A DNA stretch of 16,249 nucleotides from Promethearchaeota archaeon (GTDB taxonomy: Archaea > Asgardarchaeota > Lokiarchaeia > Sigyniarchaeales > SOKP01): the NCBI GenBank assembly GCA_048939015.1, contig JBHLPW010000086.1, forward strand, positions 1 to 16,249. The letters run 5' to 3'. Every line of letters begins with the position of its first letter. Positions within the stretch are counted from its first letter, which is position 1. Of this stretch, positions 15,254-16,249 are shown piece by piece. The position numbers and the translations under genes were made by a program. Below the pieces are notes generated by a model, which saw only the letters and a program-made list of their open reading frames with translations, ran no database searches and was not told where the DNA came from.

Positions 15254-16249
15254 TTATTTCTCTTTTATAGTAATCTCTTGTTCTTTTTCCAATAAAATCT
15301 TAGCATTTCTTTTCCATTTATTGATTAAAACTATTCCTATTCCCTTAAGTTGCGCAGCTAATATTTTAGAATTACTTTGTAATAAATCATTTATTGAATT
15401 AACTCCTACTTCACTTAACCTTTTTGCCCTCGCAAAACTTATTCCAGGAATATCTTCTAATCTAGTCTCAAATTCTTTTATTAATTTCTCATATTTAGGC
15501 TCTTTACAAATAAATACAATATATTCCTCCTCTAATAAAAAGTAAGAATGAATTTCAAAATGAGTTTTTAATAAATCTAAAGTTACCTGTACAATTTCTC
15601 TTCTAACGGGTTGATTTGGAAAGATAATTAATGCAATATCTCCCCTTTCTGGATAATAATAATCATTTTTTAAAGATAGAAGCATATGTGAAAACTTTTC
15701 TATTTTTCTTTTAAAAAAGGCGATATTTGTTGATGGAATGATTTCTCCTAAAGCCTTTTTAATATAACCATCGTGATTTGTTTGAGATGTGGCAAATATG
15801 TCGATAAGAAATCCATGAGCAATTTTCACTTCACCTTTAATTTTAGTGAACCCCATTTTATTTAATGTCGGAATTATGAATTTTCTGGCTTTTTCTTGAA
15901 ATATTTGCGAATCTCTCTTTCCTCTCTTAGGAGAAATTTGAGAAATAGATGAAATATTATTCTTATCTTTTTCTATATGGTAAATTAATGCTGGTTTAAA
16001 TGACTTATAGTTTTCTATAAAAGTGCAAATAATTATTTGTTTATTTCTAAATAATCTTGAAAAAAGTGATTTCATATTATTGATATTGTATGGATCAAGT
16101 AGTTCATTTGGTTCATCTATAATGAAAAAAGAACTTTTATTTGAAATTCTTATTAAATAACTTAGTAACATCAATATTAATTTACTTCTCTCTCCACCAC
16201 TTAAATTAGAAATGGGTAATATTTCTTCATTTTTACTATACATAATTCT
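15254..16249 (-). CDS. SMC/Rad50-family ABC ATPase C-terminal head fused to a PD-(D/E)xK-like domain and an HhH domain (5'-truncated)
   Basis: Frame stays open to the window edge (aga att atg). Signature LSGGE, Walker B/D-loop FFIIDEPNELLD, switch QIIICTF; C-terminal LEDIPGIS...LKGIG tandem HhH. Confidence 0.8.
   Translation of the reverse strand, partial: RIMYSKNEEILPISNLSGGERSKLILMLLSYLIRISNKSSFFIIDEPNELLDPYNINNMKSLFSRLFRNKQIIICTFIENYKSFKPALIYHIEKDKNNISSISQISPKRGKRDSQIFQEKARKFIIPTLNKMGFTKIKGEVKIAHGFLIDIFATSQTNHDGYIKKALGEIIPSTNIAFFKRKIEKFSHMLLSLKNDYYYPERGDIALIIFPNQPVRREIVQVTLDLLKTHFEIHSYFLLEEEYIVFICKEPKYEKLIKEFETRLEDIPGISFARAKRLSEVGVNSINDLLQSNSKILAAQLKGIGIVLINKWKRNAKILLEKEQEITIKEK

Noticed and set aside
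15321-15545. 74-aa plus-strand ORF
   Set aside because: Antisense to the HhH region of the SMC-like gene.
1-16249. CRISPR arrays, tRNA/rRNA genes, IS elements or integrases
   Set aside because: No repeat-spacer arrays, GC-rich structured RNA segments or transposase/integrase motifs seen; intergenic gaps are short and AT-rich.

Overview
Very AT-rich, gene-dense window that looks like Asgard archaeal DNA (Lokiarchaeia/Promethearchaeota). This is an inference from archaeal GGTGA/GGAGG ribosome-binding sites, TTTAAA-type TATA boxes, an Arf/Rag-like small GTPase and a longin-like domain. Left part: end of a 4Fe-4S ferredoxin-type gene, a Cys-tailed Lrp/AsnC regulator, then a co-directional run of ArsR regulator, Arf/Rag-like small GTPase, MASE3-PAS histidine kinase, response regulator and Hsp20. 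Middle and right: a thiol-redox region with thioredoxin reductase plus three tandem protein-disulfide oxidoreductases, a MOT1-type anion transporter, an orphan GAF-PAS kinase, a CCG-domain Fe-S protein, an unannotated 51-aa ORF, ferredoxin:thioredoxin reductase, glutaredoxin and a HEAT protein. The window ends with a 2-TM protein and the truncated 3' end of an SMC-like ATPase fused to a nuclease-like domain and an HhH domain. Best candidate for an undescribed system: the response regulator's output domain looks like a uDENN/longin domain of the C9orf72/FLCN/SMCR8 type. It has an Arg (R245) in the register of the eukaryotic GAP arginine finger, and its gene lies just downstream of its probable kinase and a Rag/Arf-like GTPase. 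This suggests a prokaryotic two-component relay wired directly to a eukaryote-type longin-GAP/small-GTPase switch. All family calls come from motif recognition by eye; no searches were run.
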